64,000 nucleotides of DNA, taken from the IMG/VR virus record IMGVR_UViG_3300042540_001015, one strand, 5' to 3'. The notes beneath the pieces were generated by a model. The model was not told the DNA's origin. It did no database searches and was given only the letters and a program-made list of their open reading frames with translations. Of the stretch, positions 44,601 through 51,610 are shown piece by piece; position 1 is the first letter of the stretch; each line of letters begins with the position of its first letter. The position numbers were made by a program, and so were the translations under genes. The stretch comes from an uncultured virus (IMG/VR IMGVR_UViG_3300042540_001015). Its lineage: Duplodnaviria > Heunggongvirae > Uroviricota > Caudoviricetes.

Positions 44601-45830
44601 AGCATCTCCTCAATAACGCCAGACGACACAGTTTTTGTCAGAACGCCAAGCGTTCACTTTTCGGACACCGTTGGCGTTAAGGTGGGGACTCGCCTAAAGG
44701 TCTCAAGCCTCGGAATAATGAAGGGCTCTCCGGCCGACGCCGGACTGTACGGTTACGGCGGAAGCAACGCCACGCCCGGCTCTCTCTTGAGGGACGGGGG
44801 TTCCTACAACTCCGCAAACAACACCAGCGGAGTCAATTACGGCATGGCCGACTTCAACAACGATAGCACTGGCGGCAACGACGCGATGACTGGGATGCCA
44901 AACGCCAAGGCCACCGTCTCGATTCACTTCCACGACATGACGATCTGGTCCGTGAAAGCCTTTTTTTGGAATGGGAAATTTGTCAGAAAGCCAAAGGTTG
45001 CGATCGAGTCGAGTCTCGGGAGCAGGGAGGTGTGGCTTGCTGGTGAGGGGCCGGGGGAGATTCAGCATCTTCAGGACGTGCCTTTTCCTGCCGCACAAAA
45101 GCACTCTGGCGATTTTGCTGCGATAACTCTTGATCCAGGCGTCGTCGCAATTTCAGTCCCGACATTTGAAGTCTCGGTCGTCGGCGGCGCAGTTGCCTCA
45201 GTCGCTGCGACAGGAGGGGCTGAAATCGATGAACGCTGGGGGCTCGGAGAACTTGTCGTTCACGGAGGAGGCGGCTCGGGAGCAACTCTTTCGTTTTCTA
45301 TTTCCCAGAAAACGATGACCGTGTACGTCACGAGCGGAGGCAGCGGATACACGTCTTCGCCGCAGGTGAAGTGGGTGCCTCCCCAGGAGGCTTACGGCCC
45401 TCGGATTCCCCCTGACGACAGCGCATACCCGGCAGACGACTCGAAATGGAAGTCCGGCGAGTATTCGCCTGCCATTAATATCGATGGCTACTCCGTAGTT
45501 ATTGCTGGAAGAAAAATTGAGTATGTAACCGGCTCGTCGAATGAGCATTACATATCAACTCGCGAAAACTATCCAATAACGGAAGGTGGCCTGTATCCCT
45601 TCCTTAAAGAAGGCTTTGTGGCATCGGCGACGATGACGGACGCCGGTTCTGTTACGACCGATTACGACGGCGCGGCCTTCCTGAAGCACTACGCGTCACC
45701 TCCGGCCGTGGCTTTGTACGGTGGCTCCCCGGATGAGCAGGCGTCTGTTCAGGCGTCCGTCGTTAAGTGGACTGAAAAATTCTCCGGCGCGGCGGGTTTT
45801 TGTGTGGCCGTTCGCGACGAAATCACATGA
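38628..45830 (+). CDS. 2400-aa tail/receptor-binding protein with RCC1-like repeats and many V..GGSGY...P.V repeats
   Basis: IKEDG.[LM]WAWG.N..GQLG; recurrent GSGY...P.V units. Confidence 0.8.
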   Translation: MSGLGIGDCLKRFLCCFPRVYAWFFFTTGELNAVGRAADSGEGLKTPSLFGYSGPSIIDRQDDWKFVAGGSLNGYGIKEDGSLWAWGSGMIGDGTLSSSSVPVYVSPGPWKFVSTSLGGPNAALAIKEDGTMWAWGENSDGQLGLGRSGRPPGDSAPRARLSSSVSRVDVAGSGYYSKTPSVSFFYKDGRSQYSSEVSGPGSGAVAEAVMDYGLDLYQVVVEEAGGEYKSIPTVKVTPQDIAPTEEASVSLTVRFQVLSIEVTGGGDGYQSPPAVSVPGVSGFSATAFVDGGRVTSIEVQSPGAIELTSTGDGGSDRVLPVTIAGGGLGAAAIARLGGGYVVSGSVVSAGKGYRSPIALEISSGSARVSCRSRGGVKGVKIISGGSGYTNASSQALFARFNRQAGDAYPYGGVIDAPASIAPAMATIEWGGNLESYLSHPFFTGRSGRLSAFSFPYSVTNLVSLEARIVGGGLSWSDGIPVAYSGGVLSYDGSSEYGFYSTPFIQIRLSTSTSIPTDYGRLGTYLYYEGDDPRKAVEDAWDVEYSKGPPFIGWVYGVPCQPAKCQFHTITKESGDLVEFVNGLTGEASLVPRVIGAAISWWNQTAYATISGDPKLNIEFGDAEYELFDVFDGSAYFNVKSRGSEYLRASSEDLPPPPPQADSCGITTTFERKKVTVDDRMPQLTLSGHVANPYTFARSVPVPEFSFNGPKSSPGRAYFVFGGGREQGSFSVGAGGVQVHRVGGYWTEEPTVTQVDGVVLVPQQVAGEWQHCEVGNRMAVSASGEVFGWSSAAPWPASVGRPVEISVEWNKDSVTSGGFSGGWWWGGQAFTHGAVSSYEVRGYRVYFSNDTDQRFFTMSPPNYVGGSGAGITSTKRLCYEYDFYPAELFNDHFLPRTKSSDEKSGVDGEAPVASSKYADFYSNEFSTPPLTVFSTGSGYYSPPEILFSPGGDPLVSVNAELSDVPPFQETQGNFAMTEGGELWSLSGGSRIVDFDYKVVARKATFESSPLYNVFGISAGSSEVTTRIGENEYIWKNVSPYYRWSGWNYYGSVAEFSREKSPVNHETVDSIDAVVGYAIVFDDGGSGFDNYSTWNIRITRPAQIAVAGGVADSGLYGGYGYSSTTFGGQEQPLPEFPDKKGYKLAKHSYDMSVAYSQCMGNSSNAQPPSESSYKFPQASLGLASSCSHRVEERIVETGGGAINIHTTTWMGSLMPPSFDFPIFVSSTSRLSDEPTVEFIGSGSYESPPSYRVIPVRGYLQATGGQQKVDGSWSDFQIESGVRKLYKYSFPTFTGFPAPGTEAEFVKTDRHVGLKADGSLWRLGSPGTSPSRVMGNLEVKVTSSGYGYKSPPLAEISQQRLGVAKATATFDGKVVAVGIDNQGAGYRTPPQLTVSGGAQLQAVILGPVDSVTVTNGGSGYRNPPRVIFSTPGVSASGKASVRGSVSSAWVIDGGEGYATPPTISMGGNAVATATIKGYVQGVVVNEGGLYSSAPAVSFSGGGGSGATAVAVMSRSGTSLRVSSVVVTSSGSGYTSSPTVNFSGDGGAAATAALNASVDSVSLNSGGSGYTDHPTVTADGLARRNATLAALCSFGVDSVSVVNGGSYRAAPTASFEAIGEISSVSLTSGGGGYSSTPEVKILGGLGSGAEAACTISASIQSFVVTNGGSGYLYPPYVLITSGRRPNQSTQAKASAALVGGAVASISVDSEGSGYYEQPTVAFKFPESAIANASVSNGSVSGVEVLSGGCWYTDPPLVVFEGAGTGASATAQVQDGLVTSVNMISGGSGYSTPPKVNFVVPSGGRGARAAAVLSGEVDSIRLISCGANYDADALPEVLFIGGGGDGASASLAVAKSGSGGSATATISGSIIYAKITNQGSGYQDEPTVTVSDSTNFILQKASQDYADGLIGEDEYNEITNASRAVVRAGIAGKVTSITVDSGGSNYADVSGTVANQHGERKPKSVFLKGPTTSLELSGRALDLSKVSVSSNIGPGGSISSITPDDTVFVRTPSVHFSDTVGVKVGTRLKVSSLGIMKGSPADAGLYGYGGSNATPGSLLRDGGSYNSANNTSGVNYGMADFNNDSTGGNDAMTGMPNAKATVSIHFHDMTIWSVKAFFWNGKFVRKPKVAIESSLGSREVWLAGEGPGEIQHLQDVPFPAAQKHSGDFAAITLDPGVVAISVPTFEVSVVGGAVASVAATGGAEIDERWGLGELVVHGGGGSGATLSFSISQKTMTVYVTSGGSGYTSSPQVKWVPPQEAYGPRIPPDDSAYPADDSKWKSGEYSPAINIDGYSVVIAGRKIEYVTGSSNEHYISTRENYPITEGGLYPFLKEGFVASATMTDAGSVTTDYDGAAFLKHYASPPAVALYGGSPDEQASVQASVVKWTEKFSGAAGFCVAVRDEIT

Positions 45831-46339
45831 CCGGCACCAAACTCAAAGAAATCCTCTCCTGGTTCAAACTCACTGACGAGGCTGGCTGTCAATGCCAAGC
45901 CAGGGCCAAAATCATGGATTTGTGGGGCCCGGACGAAACTGAGCGCAGGATGGACGAGGTGGTAGGATGGCTTCGTGAGGCCGCCGCCGCCCGGGGGCTG
46001 CCTTTCGTCGAGATCGCGGCCAGAGCGGCCGTGAAACTGGCGATCTGGAGGGCAAGGCGTGATGGACCACCACTTTCTGATCAGCGGCCAGAGGTGGCTC
46101 TGGAGGTACTCGAACCTCAAGGGGAAAGCCGACGGCTGGACGGAGTACGCGAAACACAAGGTCCTGATACACTCGGCCCTCGCCCGCCGGGCGAAACTGG
46201 AGTGCGAACTCCACGAAGGGCTCCACGCATCCCTGGGCCCAACGATAAGCGAAGAGGCAGTCACCCAGGCGGCCGAGGACCTCGCCAAGATTCTGTGGAG
46301 CCTCGGCTACCGCCAAAGTACGGACAGGAGCACCAATGA
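45827..46339 (+). CDS. hypothetical protein (CxC motif); C-terminal part overlaps the next gene
   Basis: ATGA overlap with the upstream gene; GT.LK..L...CQC...MD.WG. Confidence 0.55.
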   Translation: MTGTKLKEILSWFKLTDEAGCQCQARAKIMDLWGPDETERRMDEVVGWLREAAAARGLPFVEIAARAAVKLAIWRARRDGPPLSDQRPEVALEVLEPQGESRRLDGVRETQGPDTLGPRPPGETGVRTPRRAPRIPGPNDKRRGSHPGGRGPRQDSVEPRLPPKYGQEHQ

Positions 46340-46346
46340 GCATTGA
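46059..46346 (+). CDS. small HEXXH metallopeptidase-like protein
   Basis: LHEGLHA...EEAV motif. Confidence 0.6.
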   Translation: MMDHHFLISGQRWLWRYSNLKGKADGWTEYAKHKVLIHSALARRAKLECELHEGLHASLGPTISEEAVTQAAEDLAKILWSLGYRQSTDRSTNEH

Positions 46347-46839
46347 CGATCGCGAGACAGTCGAAGAGGTGCAGGAAGAGATGGAGCGCGACGAGGCGTT
46401 CCCCGGGCTCTTCGCGTCCGAGAATCCGAAGGACGTGATCGGCACGAACAAGTTGCCGCTTCACCTCTGGCCGATGACCGCGACGGCGATGGGTTCGATC
46501 GCGATGCTCAACGGTGCTCTCAAGTACGGCCGCTCGAACTGGAGAGCCGTCGGTATCAAGGCCTCTATCTACGTCGACGCGTGCCAGCGTCACCTTACTC
46601 AGTGGTTCGAGGGAGCCGAGCACGACGAGGAGGGCGTGCCCCACCTCGCCTCCGCCATCGCGTGCCTTGCGATCTTGATCGACGCCCGAGCCGCCGGGAA
46701 ACTCAAGGACGATCGTCAGGTCGAAGGCGGATACAAGGAACTCGCTGCCGCCCTGACGACGCACGTCGCGAGGCTCCGCGAAGTTCACGCCGACAAGTCT
46801 CCGAAACACTGGACGATCCAGGATTCTCCCCCGCCGTGA
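46336..46839 (+). CDS. dATP/dGTP diphosphohydrolase-like (DUF5664) protein
   Basis: GALKYGRSNWR...YVDACQRH...W.EG...D.E..PHLA.A...LAIL. Confidence 0.8.
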   Translation: MSIDDRETVEEVQEEMERDEAFPGLFASENPKDVIGTNKLPLHLWPMTATAMGSIAMLNGALKYGRSNWRAVGIKASIYVDACQRHLTQWFEGAEHDEEGVPHLASAIACLAILIDARAAGKLKDDRQVEGGYKELAAALTTHVARLREVHADKSPKHWTIQDSPPP

Positions 46840-46880
46840 GGGGCGACCACACGCCCTCGCCTACCCCGTGTGGTCGCCCC
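46840..46880. terminator. 14-bp perfect inverted repeat between convergent genes (terminator or att-associated)
   Basis: GGGGCGACCACACG 46840-46853 / CGTGTGGTCGCCCC 46867-46880. Confidence 0.5.
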
Positions 46881-47760
46881 CGGCGGGCTTCCTGTGAATC
46901 GATGGCAGAACGTGGCACGCGGGCGTGCCGACGTCGGCATACCTCGGATCGAGATATGCCTTCGTGATTTTGGGGCTGCTGTGATCGAGCAGTTCCGTTG
47001 GATTGCCGCCACGGGCCTTGAAGTGCGAGGCGGCGCAGCGTCTCAGGCAATGAAACTTTGCCTTCCTGCCGCCGCCGAGCCCGGCGGCTGCGACAATATC
47101 TCCAAAACGCATCCAAATGTGCGTGAAGCATCGGTCCCATCTCCAGACGAGATCGTTGGGGTCACGCCCTCGACAGAGTCGGTCGACGAGGTCTGAAGTC
47201 GAGTCGGTCAACGTGTAGAGCCGATCTCGCTTCCCTCCCTTCCTGTACTCCGCTCTCGCCAGGAGTCTCGGACGCTGCCAGTCGCAGACGCGAGCGGCGA
47301 AGACCGCGCCGCAGCGTTCGGCAGACTCGTAGAGGACGCAGACCAAAGACTTCCAGAACAGCCCGGCCTGGACGTCGCCGATCATGCCGGGAGTCGCGCC
47401 TGCGATCGACACGAGGTGCTGGAGTTCCTCGACCGACCAGCACTGAGGGACTCGCTCAGGCAGTCTCGCCGACGGCGGCACGCACGGGCCGGTCTTCGTG
47501 ATGCCGCGATCTCTGGCGAAACGCCAGAGCGAGGCTAACTGGCTCCGCTCCTTCTCGCTCGTGTAGGGACTGCGTTCGCGAGATCGCTTATCCAGGAACC
47601 TCGACAAGACGAGATCGTCGAAGTCGTCGATCGTCGCCGGTCGTCCAAGGAACTTGTCGAACGAGCGAAGGGTGCAGTGATACAGGCGGGACGTGTTTTC
47701 GCTTCGACCCCGTAAGCGGAGCGGGCGAAAGTGATTCTCGAACAAATCGAAGAGGGTCAT
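46861..47760 (-). CDS. tyrosine recombinase/integrase
   Basis: YESAER, FHCLRR, LLDHSS..IT..Y catalytic motifs; AGGAGA RBS before ATG at 47760. Confidence 0.88.
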   Translation of the reverse strand: MTLFDLFENHFRPLRLRGRSENTSRLYHCTLRSFDKFLGRPATIDDFDDLVLSRFLDKRSRERSPYTSEKERSQLASLWRFARDRGITKTGPCVPPSARLPERVPQCWSVEELQHLVSIAGATPGMIGDVQAGLFWKSLVCVLYESAERCGAVFAARVCDWQRPRLLARAEYRKGGKRDRLYTLTDSTSDLVDRLCRGRDPNDLVWRWDRCFTHIWMRFGDIVAAAGLGGGRKAKFHCLRRCAASHFKARGGNPTELLDHSSPKITKAYLDPRYADVGTPACHVLPSIHRKPAGGDHTG

Positions 47761-47879
47761 GGCGTATCTCCTGCTGATAGGGAGGGAGGATACGCATCCG
47801 TGCGAGGGGGTCATGCCGCGCGGTGGGGGACGACCCCCCACCGCGCTACCCCCCCTGCGCGATTCATTCGCGCAGGTCG

Positions 47880-48158
47880 TTATTTCTTGCCCCGGTGGTC
47901 TCCTTTCACAGCGACTCGAATGTCCTCGCCGATAGCGAGGGCCGCGTACTCGACTGTGTTGAGGGGGGCCTCCTCCCGAGACCCGTCCCAGGCCGCCGCG
48001 AGGTGGTGAGGGAGCACGTCGCGGATTATTTTCCGGACGGCCTCGTTCCCGACCACGCGGCCGACGCGGCTCTCGATCAGTTCTGCGATTCTGTCGACAT
48101 CGACCTCATCGCCCTGGCTTGGCGTCGTCGCGTGAACGACATCCCAAAACGGCTTCAT
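47880..48158 (-). CDS. hypothetical protein
   Basis: AGGAGAG RBS upstream on the minus strand. Confidence 0.5.
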   Translation of the reverse strand: MKPFWDVVHATTPSQGDEVDVDRIAELIESRVGRVVGNEAVRKIIRDVLPHHLAAAWDGSREEAPLNTVEYAALAIGEDIRVAVKGDHRGKK

Positions 48159-48315
48159 TTTTGACTCTCCTGGTTGGGGGCACTTTTCCGCCGGGGCAGT
48201 CCCTGCGGCTGACGTTCAAGTGTTACCCCCGCCACTTGACTGGTCAAGGTCGAGTTTGGCCCCGGAACGTCCGGGGCCAAATTTCGGCCGAAAAGTACGG
48301 ATAGGAGGCTCTTTT

Positions 48316-48750
48316 ATGGCGTCGGACAGAATCGTGTCGATCAACGAGGCGGCGAAACTCCGGGGGCAGTCCAAGGAGGGGATCGTGAAGGCGATCCACA
48401 CCGGCCGCCTCTACAGTTACCAGTTGTCCGGGAAGGGGCACATGCTCTCCGCGAGGCAGGTGCTCGGGAAGACTTTCGACGAGGTGGCCTTCAAAAAACT
48501 GTGCCAGCAATATGTCTCCGTGCCGGAGGCTTGCAACATCGTCTGGAAAACCGACGCCGCCGTGATGAGAGACCTAAGAAAGGGCGTGATCAAGGGATTC
48601 AAACTTAACCACAAGTGTTGGGTCGTCCTCCGATCGTCTGCCGAGCAAGAGTTTCGGGACTATCTTGAGGCCCACAAGGGTCGCGTGGGGCGGAAGCGTT
48701 CGATCGGCGAGGATCGGTCTCCCCGCAAAAAGCCCTTGAAAAAGAAATAG
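48316..48750 (+). CDS. tandem HTH (excisionase-like) DNA-binding protein
   Basis: two VS..EA......G.[LI] units; AGGAGG RBS. Confidence 0.7.
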   Translation: MASDRIVSINEAAKLRGQSKEGIVKAIHTGRLYSYQLSGKGHMLSARQVLGKTFDEVAFKKLCQQYVSVPEACNIVWKTDAAVMRDLRKGVIKGFKLNHKCWVVLRSSAEQEFRDYLEAHKGRVGRKRSIGEDRSPRKKPLKKK

Positions 48751-48772
48751 GGCGAGTTACAATCGCAATGCC

Positions 48773-48973
48773 ATGCAGATAGCAACCACCGTGGAGTTGG
48801 CTGAAGAACTCGGAACGAGCCCGTCGAGCATCTCCCGCGCAGCGAAGCGGGCGAACGTCGGCGTGCGTCGAGAAGACGGCCGCCTCGTCGGCGTGCCTCG
48901 GCGAGACGTCGCGAAAATCAAGAAACTGCTCAGGTTCAAGGCCGGAAACCCAAACTTCGGAAAGAAGAAATGA
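48773..48973 (+). CDS. small HTH protein
   Basis: TVELAEELGTSPSSISR; promoter-like TTGAAA-16-TACAAT at 48736-48763. Confidence 0.7.
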   Translation: MQIATTVELAEELGTSPSSISRAAKRANVGVRREDGRLVGVPRRDVAKIKKLLRFKAGNPNFGKKK

Positions 48974-49851
48974 AGGTCTTCTACAGCGACGACTACGTCC
49001 GGGCTTCCCACGCTTTCGACACCACGAAGAAGGCGGGCTGGATCGCGGACTCTCTCGAACTTCGTCCGATCACGGGCGTCGAAGTCGTGGCCCCGGAGCC
49101 AGCGACTCGCGAGAGCATCGAGGAAGTTCACTGCCCAGAGTACGTCCGTGCCGTCGAGGCAGGCTCGGGGGTGAGCACGAGCGGCATCGAGTGGTGCCCC
49201 GAGGTGTTCCCTGCCGTCTTGGCGAGCACTGGCGGAGTCGTTGCCGCCGTCCGGGCTGCGATCGACGAAGGCGTGGCCGGGAGCCTGTCGAGCGGAATGC
49301 ACCACGCTCGATACGACCACGGGCTCGGCTTCTGCACTTTCAACGGACTCGTCGTCGCGGCGAACGAGGCGGAGCGTCTGGGCAAGAAGAAGGTGCTGAT
49401 CCTCGACCTCGACGCCCACGGCGGCGGAGGCACGGCCTCTCTTGTTTCTGGCAAAGTACGGATAAGTCACCTCGACCTTGCTGTTGATCCGTTTGACTTG
49501 CACGCAGACTCGGTCGATCTCTCGAAGTCGAGCCCGCTCAACTATCTGTTGGTCCTCGACTCGATCCTCGACGAGACCGACCCAGACTTCGTGATCTACA
49601 ACGCCGGGATGGACGTTTTCGAGTCGGACTGCGGGCCGCGAGGCTTCGACTCGAATGTCATCGCCGCCCGCGAGGCTACCGTGTTTAGTTGGGCCGCCGA
49701 CCGCGACGTCCCGATCGCGTTCGCCCTGGCTGGCGGGTACACGTCCAAGGAACGTCCACGAGAACTGCTCGTTGCTCACCACCGCTGCACAATTCGTGCA
49801 GCGGCGTCCATTGTAAGGAAAGGAGTCCCCTCTCATGCCGACTTGCTCTGA
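48970..49851 (+). CDS. histone deacetylase/AcuC-family Zn-dependent deacetylase
   Basis: GMHHA, GFCTFN, LDLDAH, YNAGMD, LAGGY motifs. Confidence 0.9.
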   Translation: MKVFYSDDYVRASHAFDTTKKAGWIADSLELRPITGVEVVAPEPATRESIEEVHCPEYVRAVEAGSGVSTSGIEWCPEVFPAVLASTGGVVAAVRAAIDEGVAGSLSSGMHHARYDHGLGFCTFNGLVVAANEAERLGKKKVLILDLDAHGGGGTASLVSGKVRISHLDLAVDPFDLHADSVDLSKSSPLNYLLVLDSILDETDPDFVIYNAGMDVFESDCGPRGFDSNVIAAREATVFSWAADRDVPIAFALAGGYTSKERPRELLVAHHRCTIRAAASIVRKGVPSHADLL

Positions 49852-50065
49852 CTGCCTCTTCTGGAAGAACACGATCACGCCTCCGCAGCCTGGGATGATG
49901 CAGCCGATGATGCAGCCCATTCCTCCCGGGATGGGCCAGTGCCGTCGCAACGCGCCGATCCCGATTCCCGCCCCTCCCGGAATGATGATGCCGCCGGGCG
50001 GAGTCATGTGGCCGGTCACGCAGGGCTCGGACTCGTGTGGTCAGCATGAGGGACCCGACGCATGA
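49835..50065 (+). CDS. small 4-Cys protein with Met/Pro-rich loops
   Basis: CSDC..W...GQCRRNAP...WP.T...SCGQH. Confidence 0.65.
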   Translation: MPTCSDCLFWKNTITPPQPGMMQPMMQPIPPGMGQCRRNAPIPIPAPPGMMMPPGGVMWPVTQGSDSCGQHEGPDA

Positions 50066-50439
50066 GCAACGCCGTCGACCACCCTCAGCACTACACCTCG
50101 CACCCGTCCGGAGTCGAGGCTGTCGAGATTACCGAGTGGCTGTCGTTCAATCTCGGCAACTGCGTGAAGTATTTGCTTCGCCGCGAGCACAAGGGCCACG
50201 AACGCCAGGACATGGAGAAGGCCTTGTGGTACGCGAGGCGAGAGAAGGCCCGGTCGCGGCCCGAGCCGGTCGCCCCGGCCCCGTTTGATCTCATTCATAA
50301 AGTGACTCGCGTCGTCTCTGCCGAGCCAGACCAGGACGTTGGCCGTGCGATCGGCCTCTTCGCGCTGGCCGCCTGGAGCGGCTCGGGCGAGCGAGACCTG
50401 CAAATGTCGATTCGCATCCTGGAGGAGAGGCTCTCGTGA
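50062..50439 (+). CDS. DUF3310 protein
   Basis: VDHPQHY...F.LGN..KY..R...K.....D..KA.WY. Confidence 0.85.
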   Translation: MSNAVDHPQHYTSHPSGVEAVEITEWLSFNLGNCVKYLLRREHKGHERQDMEKALWYARREKARSRPEPVAPAPFDLIHKVTRVVSAEPDQDVGRAIGLFALAAWSGSGERDLQMSIRILEERLS

Positions 50440-50493
50440 TTGCAGCCGCCCTTGCCATGACCTCGCTCTTCCTCCTGCTCACTGTGATCCGCA

Positions 50494-50679
50494 ATGGAAA
50501 GCAATGACATCGTGAGGCAACTACTCGACTCGGTTCATCAGTGCCGGGCACTGGATCGCTCGATGCTCCTGACGGCTGCCGCCCAGGAGATTCAATCACT
50601 TCGGAACGACCTGGAGATCGCCAAGACGGCGGTCGCGTTTTGGAAAGAGAGGGCCACGGATGGTCGAGTCGAGTCTTAA
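50494..50679 (+). CDS. small hypothetical protein
   Basis: DIV..L...AA.EI..LR pattern. Confidence 0.5.
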   Translation: MESNDIVRQLLDSVHQCRALDRSMLLTAAAQEIQSLRNDLEIAKTAVAFWKERATDGRVES

Positions 50680-50770
50680 TGTCTGGATGAACGTAGCCGT
50701 CGCCCTGTCTCTGACTGGGTTTGTCGTCTACATCTCATGTCTCCGTTCAACAACATGGTGGGAGGACTAG

Positions 50771-51070
50771 ATGAACGAACTCATCTCCGCAGTCGAGCAG
50801 TGGGCACGCGATCGGAAGATCATTCCAAACAGCAATCCGCTGTCGCAATTGATGAAGACGGTGAGCGAACTCGGCGAGTTGGCTGACGCGACGCTCAAGG
50901 ACGACGACGAGGGCATCATCGACGGCGTCGGCGACGTCCTCGTGACGCTGATCATCTACGCGAATCTCCAGGACGTGAGTCTGGAGGACTGTCTGGCGTC
51001 GGCCTACGAAACAATCAAGGATAGAAAAGGCACACTCACGCCGGAAGGAGTTTTCGTCAAGGATGAGTAG
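50771..51070 (+). CDS. MazG-like nucleotide pyrophosphohydrolase
   Basis: WARDR...K..SELGEL...DGVGD.LV...I.DRKG...G.FVK. Confidence 0.88.
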   Translation: MNELISAVEQWARDRKIIPNSNPLSQLMKTVSELGELADATLKDDDEGIIDGVGDVLVTLIIYANLQDVSLEDCLASAYETIKDRKGTLTPEGVFVKDE

Positions 51071-51413
51071 GCCTCTCCTCTACGTCGCCGGGCCGTACTC
51101 GAAGCCCGACCCGGTCTCAAACACGCACGCAGTCTGCCGCGTGGCGATCGAAATCTACGAGCGGACGGAGTGGTGCCCTGTCGTGCCGCACCTGTCGCTC
51201 CTCTGGCACGCCGTCACGCCGCGCGAGTACAGGCACTGGCTGGACTACGACCTGCACTTGATGCGGAGATGCGACGCCGTCGTCCGTCTACCGGGCGCGA
51301 GCCCAGGCGCAGACGAGGAAATCGAGGAGGCGAACCGGCTCGGCATCCGTGTCCTGTGCATCGACGAACTGCCGCCCGAGGCCCTGACGCACTGGATCAA
51401 CAAAATCGCTTGA
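51063..51413 (+). CDS. DUF4406/nucleoside 2-deoxyribosyltransferase-like protein
   Basis: YVAGPY...CDAV.RLPG.S.GA..E...A. Confidence 0.8.
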   Translation: MSRPLLYVAGPYSKPDPVSNTHAVCRVAIEIYERTEWCPVVPHLSLLWHAVTPREYRHWLDYDLHLMRRCDAVVRLPGASPGADEEIEEANRLGIRVLCIDELPPEALTHWINKIA

Positions 51414-51437
51414 CCGAAGTCCGGATACGAGTACACT
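51410..51437 (+). promoter_or_regulatory. sigma70-like promoter for the Y-RNA/Ro60 unit
   Basis: TTGACC-16-TACACT. Confidence 0.55.
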
Positions 51438-51444
51438 CGCGGCC

Positions 51445-51514
51445 GCCGGTAGTGAAGAGAAACGGGTACTTCACTAAAGCATGATGATCACCCCGTTCTC
51501 GCGAGTTCTCCGGC
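51445..51514 (+). ncRNA. candidate Y-RNA-like structured RNA 1
   Basis: GCCGG/CCGGC closing stem, inner GAGAAACGGG/CCCGTTCTC stem, conserved GTAGTGAAG..GGGTACTTC..GTTCT. Confidence 0.65.
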
Positions 51515-51526
51515 ACTAATACAACA

Positions 51527-51590
51527 CGGCGTAGTGAAGGTCGCGGGTACTTCTAAGGAAAGTTTGACCGCGTACCGTTTGTTCTCGCCG
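51527..51590 (+). ncRNA. candidate Y-RNA-like structured RNA 2
   Basis: CGGCG/CGCCG closing stem, inner GGTCGCGG/CCGCGTACC stem, same conserved blocks. Confidence 0.65.
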
Positions 51591-51610
51591 GTTTGATTCA
51601 AGGAGGAGCC

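Noticed and set aside
51445..51590. tRNA genes
   Set aside because: No cloverleaf, T-loop TTCRA consensus or CCA end; no convincing tRNA was seen in the window.
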